IMG/VR virus record: IMGVR_UViG_3300034683_000619
Location: 1 to 56,277 of that record
DNA length: 56,277 bases
Reading direction: 5' to 3' (one strand)
Origin: a virus
Lineage: Duplodnaviria; Caudoviricetes
Under the pieces are notes generated by a model that did no database searches, was not told the DNA's origin, and saw only the letters and a list, made by a program, of their open reading frames with translations. The position numbers and the translations under genes are program-made. This document shows, one piece after another, positions 52,694 to 56,277 of this stretch (position 1 is the first letter of the stretch; the number at the start of each line of letters is the position of its first letter).

Positions 52694-52828
52694 ATGAAAA
52701 AAAATATCCAAAATCATCCAAAGATTACCGGGTACATATTCCGACCTTATATCACCAGAAATGGTGTGAAGGTATGGGCTCGCCAATACGGCCTAAAGGC
52801 TTGGCGAATTCCAGTGTACGAGTATTAA
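52694..52828 (+). CDS. 44-aa basic/aromatic microprotein
   Basis: GGAG RBS; YIFRPYITRNGVKVWARQYGLKAWRIPV. Confidence 0.65.
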   Translation: MKKNIQNHPKITGYIFRPYITRNGVKVWARQYGLKAWRIPVYEY

Positions 52829-52997
52829 TTGGTAATCAAGCGGATCGTTGAGATTTTACATGTCTCAACCGGGTTAGTTTTACCTGGGAACAGAAAAAAC
52901 AAAGAAGGGAGTGCTTTTGTGGGCTCCCTTCTTGCTTATTGCTTTTAATAAGCCTATTGCAAAACCGTTTTAAATGGACTCCAAAAACACGGCAGAA

Positions 52998-53022
52998 AAA
53001 AGGCGGCCATTGGCCGCCTTTT
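52998..53022. terminator. Bidirectional intrinsic terminator
   Basis: AAAAGGCGGCCA-t-TGGCCGCCTTTT. Confidence 0.75.
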
Positions 53023-53135
53023 GAGCATTTTGCAGCAACCAGGATCTTCGAGAGGATGAGAATCTCGTTAATTGATCTGTATCGGGAACAAGAGAATGAG
53101 GGAGGCAAGGAAAACCAAGAGAAACGGGTTATGTA

Positions 53136-53849
53136 ATGCTCAAGATCATTGAAAAAATACACACGAAATGGCTGACAATTGTTTTGTCATTCATTCTTTT
53201 CCCTGCACTTTCCTATGCCTGGTCAGGGAAAGTCGTCAACGTGGCCGACGGCGATACAATCACTGTCCGCCCTGAAAACGGTCCCCAAATAAAAGTCAGG
53301 CTGTATGGTATCGATTGCCCGGAAAAGGCCCAACCATATGGCCAAAAGGCGCGGGATTTCACAGCATCAATGGTCGCAGGAAAATTCGTTGATGTCGAAG
53401 TGAAAGCCACCGATCGATACAAACGAACCGTTGGTTTGGTGTCTATCAATGGCGTCAACCTCAATGAATCGATCGTCAAGAATGGCTACGCCTGGGTTTA
53501 TCGGCAATACTGCAAAGAAAGCTTTTGCATGGACTGGAGCAAATTGGAGTCAGTCGCCAGACAACAGAACAATGGCATGTGGGCAGATCCGCATATTATT
53601 CCACCCTGGGACTGGCGGCACTCAGGTGGAAAAAAGCAAGTTTCCGGGGCATCATACTCAGGGAAAACCGGTAACGACCAGACTCAACAAAATGACGCAG
53701 CCGGGGTGTATCATGGAAATGTGAACAGCCACAAGTTCCACCGGCTTGGATGCAAGCATTATAACTGCAAGAACTGCACAGCCACCTTTGGATCAAAAGA
53801 GGATGCCGTGGCGGCCGGGTACTCGCCGTGCGGGATATGTAGGCCGTGA
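53136..53849 (+). CDS. Secreted thermonuclease (SNase) with an Ada-like Zn-binding C-terminus
   Basis: Signal peptide; DGDT, RLYGIDCPE, DRYKR, GYAW; FH..GC..GYSPCGICRP. Confidence 0.92.
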   Translation: MLKIIEKIHTKWLTIVLSFILFPALSYAWSGKVVNVADGDTITVRPENGPQIKVRLYGIDCPEKAQPYGQKARDFTASMVAGKFVDVEVKATDRYKRTVGLVSINGVNLNESIVKNGYAWVYRQYCKESFCMDWSKLESVARQQNNGMWADPHIIPPWDWRHSGGKKQVSGASYSGKTGNDQTQQNDAAGVYHGNVNSHKFHRLGCKHYNCKNCTATFGSKEDAVAAGYSPCGICRP

Positions 53850-54015
53850 ACTGAGGCTACGATAATCGAGAACACACCCGATAAATATGGACTTGTTCAT
53901 TTTTTGGCCGGCTCGTTCGATGAATGATTATTGGAACAAGATAATATTCAAACTAGAATATCATGCGTTCAAGCCGCATATGTATGGGTTAGCGTAACAC
54001 GGAAACCAAGGTACA

Positions 54016-54891
54016 ATGATGAGATATAGAAAAATAACGCCACCAAACACAATAAATCTTGATGATTCAATAATCATGGAAGGCGATGCCCTGCACGCCA
54101 TCAGATTACTTCCATCTAACTCCATCCAGTGTGTAGTTACTTCCCCTCCCTATTGGGGGCTGCGTGACTATGGAATCGATGGCCAAATCGGACTTGAAGG
54201 CACCTTGCCGCAGTTTATCAATCATTTAGTTGCGATTTTTAACGAAATAAAACGAGTTCTTCGTGACGATGGTACTCTGTGGGTAAACATCGGTGATGGT
54301 TACACAAGCGGCAACCGGGGGTATCGTGCAACTGATAAAAAAAATCCAGCTCGCGCAATGGCAGTCAGGCCGGACACGCCAGAAGGTATGAAACCAAAGG
54401 ATCTGCAAGGGATACCGTGGAGGTTGGCATTTGCCCTTCAAGATGACGGATGGTATCTCAGGAGTGACATTGTTTGGCACAAACCAAATGCCATGCCGGA
54501 GAGCGTAAAAGATCGACCAACACGGGCGCATGAATACCTATTCATGCTTACAAAATCAGAGCGGTATTTCTACGATTATGAGGCCGTAAAGGAGCCTGGT
54601 TTGAATGGTAAGCTAAGGAATCGCAGGAGCGTATGGGATGTTAATACGCAGCCATTTGCGGAGGCGCATTTCGCAACTTTCCCCCAAAAACTTATTGAAC
54701 CTTGTATTCTCGCATCCACAAGACCAGGGGATTATGTGCTTGACCCATTCTTTGGGTCTGGAACAGTTGGAATTGTCTGCGCAGAACAACAAAGATTATA
54801 TGTTGGAGTAGAGCTTAATCCTGAATATGTGGCCATTTCAGCGAAGAGGCTAAATGCCGCGAAAGACATAATTATCAAGGTGGCTGCGTAA
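54016..54891 (+). CDS. N4-cytosine DNA methyltransferase, beta class (XcyI/Cfr9I-like)
   Basis: TSPPYW motif IV precedes DPFFGSGT motif I; coupled to the REase gene. Confidence 0.92.
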   Translation: MMRYRKITPPNTINLDDSIIMEGDALHAIRLLPSNSIQCVVTSPPYWGLRDYGIDGQIGLEGTLPQFINHLVAIFNEIKRVLRDDGTLWVNIGDGYTSGNRGYRATDKKNPARAMAVRPDTPEGMKPKDLQGIPWRLAFALQDDGWYLRSDIVWHKPNAMPESVKDRPTRAHEYLFMLTKSERYFYDYEAVKEPGLNGKLRNRRSVWDVNTQPFAEAHFATFPQKLIEPCILASTRPGDYVLDPFFGSGTVGIVCAEQQRLYVGVELNPEYVAISAKRLNAAKDIIIKVAA

Positions 54892-55865
54892 TGCCAAGCA
54901 TCAATATCCCAATTCCAGAGCTTCAAATAGATTTCTCTTTTGCTCTTGGCCAGATTCGCAGCCTTTACTTGCAGGATGCTCTTTATAAAACGGTCGAGGA
55001 CATCGATCTTGCAGAACTAGATAGGGAGCTTTCGGCCTATGTTCCACAGGTTGGCTTGAAGACTTTGGCTAAACATGGGTTGCGTGGTGAATTGGTATTT
55101 CCGGTTCCTTGTTTGCTTAAAGCTAATCCCTACCTGCTTGGGTATTACAGGCTTTTGCTTGGATTTAGCCAGAAGGAATTTTATACCACCAAATTTGGTG
55201 TATCTGGTTTTAAATCGATGGAAGTAAAGGGCATCCTTACCAAAAAGAACTATAACGCATTACCTGATCTTTGCCGGGGATTGATTGGAAGTGCTATTGC
55301 CCTTGTCGATGGTGTTGGCATTGACAGAGTTAGCAAAGATATTCTTGACGATTTGACGTTGCTAACGGTTGGTCCACAGTTGCGCGGTGGTGCCAATGTT
55401 AAGAAAGGGGTTGCTGGTATTGTTGATGTGTTCCAAGCAATTCACGACATTATTGAACATGCAGCAACCTCTTCAAGTGCAAGCAAGATAGAAATAGAGA
55501 ACGCAGCCGGTCGAAGAGTCCTGATTGAGTTTGCCCCTGACCCAGACATTGTCATCCGTGAAGAGTTTAGTAAGGGGAAGCATCGCAATATTATTGCTAT
55601 CGAGGTTAAAGGGGGAACCGACTTCTCAAATATTCATAACCGAGTCGGGGAAGCTGAAAAGAGCCATCAAAAAGCACGAGCAGCCGGGTATGTGGAATGC
55701 TGGACTGTGGTAAATGTAGATCGTATCGATATGGATATGGCGCGAAGAGAATCACCATCAACAAACACATTTTATCGGTTATCTGCACTGAAGCTGGCTG
55801 ATGGCGACGAATACCAAGACTTCAAAGATCGAGTAATTTCGCTGACGGGAATACGCAATGGCTAA
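54891..55865 (+). CDS. Type II restriction endonuclease, XcyI-like (family recognises CCCGGG)
   Basis: YYRLLLG.SQKEFY, F..DPD, IAIEVKGG.D.SNIHNR.GEAEKSH.KA; TAATG coupling. Confidence 0.8.
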   Translation: MPSINIPIPELQIDFSFALGQIRSLYLQDALYKTVEDIDLAELDRELSAYVPQVGLKTLAKHGLRGELVFPVPCLLKANPYLLGYYRLLLGFSQKEFYTTKFGVSGFKSMEVKGILTKKNYNALPDLCRGLIGSAIALVDGVGIDRVSKDILDDLTLLTVGPQLRGGANVKKGVAGIVDVFQAIHDIIEHAATSSSASKIEIENAAGRRVLIEFAPDPDIVIREEFSKGKHRNIIAIEVKGGTDFSNIHNRVGEAEKSHQKARAAGYVECWTVVNVDRIDMDMARRESPSTNTFYRLSALKLADGDEYQDFKDRVISLTGIRNG

Positions 55866-56082
55866 ACACATGCACACCCGAACGACCCGGTTATCCTGAC
55901 GTTTCATTCATACAGGCTGGAGTTTGGAGTTTCAGCCCGGCGTAGTGCCGGGGCGTTTTACTGGGGATGCCCAGAAAAAAATTTAAAAAATCATTGACAT
56001 GGCTGCCAAAAGGCGGCAGCCGCGCTTTCTTTAGAAAGCGCGGCCTTCAGAAGAGAACAATTTCACTCTTCTGGAGGCCGCC

Positions 56083-56277
56083 ATGGGAAACAAGGGATAT
56101 GGCAGTATCCCCGGAACCCTGTTTGAATGTATCACATTCCTTGCCAGGGCTCTACCGGTTCGTTCCGTTCCAACTTTTATCGAACTGCTGATCGGTGCCA
56201 TGCTGACCCAAACCGGTTTTGTCACCGGAGCATGGATGGCGATCAATCCGTTGCGGAGTTGGAGCGCTTATTTTTAA
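56083..56277 (+). pseudogene. N-terminal fragment of an IS701-like transposase
   Basis: GGAGG RBS; TFIELLIGAML..GFVT.AW..R.W..Y resembles these N-termini; stop after 64 aa at the window edge. Confidence 0.45.

Noticed and set aside
53866-53921. Possible attC-like sites after the nuclease gene, and after the REase gene (~55877-55915)
   Set aside because: AAC/GTT ends are partly present but L-box pairing is poor or missing.
1-56277. Integrase, attL/attR, rRNA/tRNA, cas genes
   Set aside because: None recognised in the window, so prophage boundaries and host identity cannot be determined.

Overview
Most of this window (1 to about 50,900) is a temperate, podovirus-type prophage read almost entirely on the minus strand. 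From right to left it carries cI/cro, early genes, a recombination/replication block (RusA, SMC-like ATPase, RecT, MBL hydrolase, initiator with iterons, SSB, YopX), TerS/TerL, portal, scaffold, an N4-gp56-like capsid, adaptor/tail genes, ejection proteins, a 4775-aa polyvalent DarB-like protein, and a second late operon (holin, fibre/appendage genes, endolysin). A plus-strand accessory island follows cI: a truncated Eco29kI-like nuclease, an HTH + IrrE/ImmA pair, a 44-aa microprotein, a thermonuclease, an XcyI-type R-M system and an IS fragment. No integrase or att site is visible, so the element probably extends beyond the window. The most unusual signals are (1) an apparently catalytically dead NUMOD4-HNH fused to a sigma-70 region-2-like domain; (2) a TnpV-like gene nested out of frame inside the giant gene, with its own sigma-70 promoter, inverted repeat and RBS; (3) two late-operon leaders 33 kb apart that share the same promoter + box + branched-terminator design, next to a small candidate antiterminator; (4) a solitary type I-C-like CRISPR repeat in a tail-gene intergenic gap; (5) integron attC-like sites, in inverted orientation, flanking two early genes. 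All family assignments are by motif recognition by eye; no database search was run.
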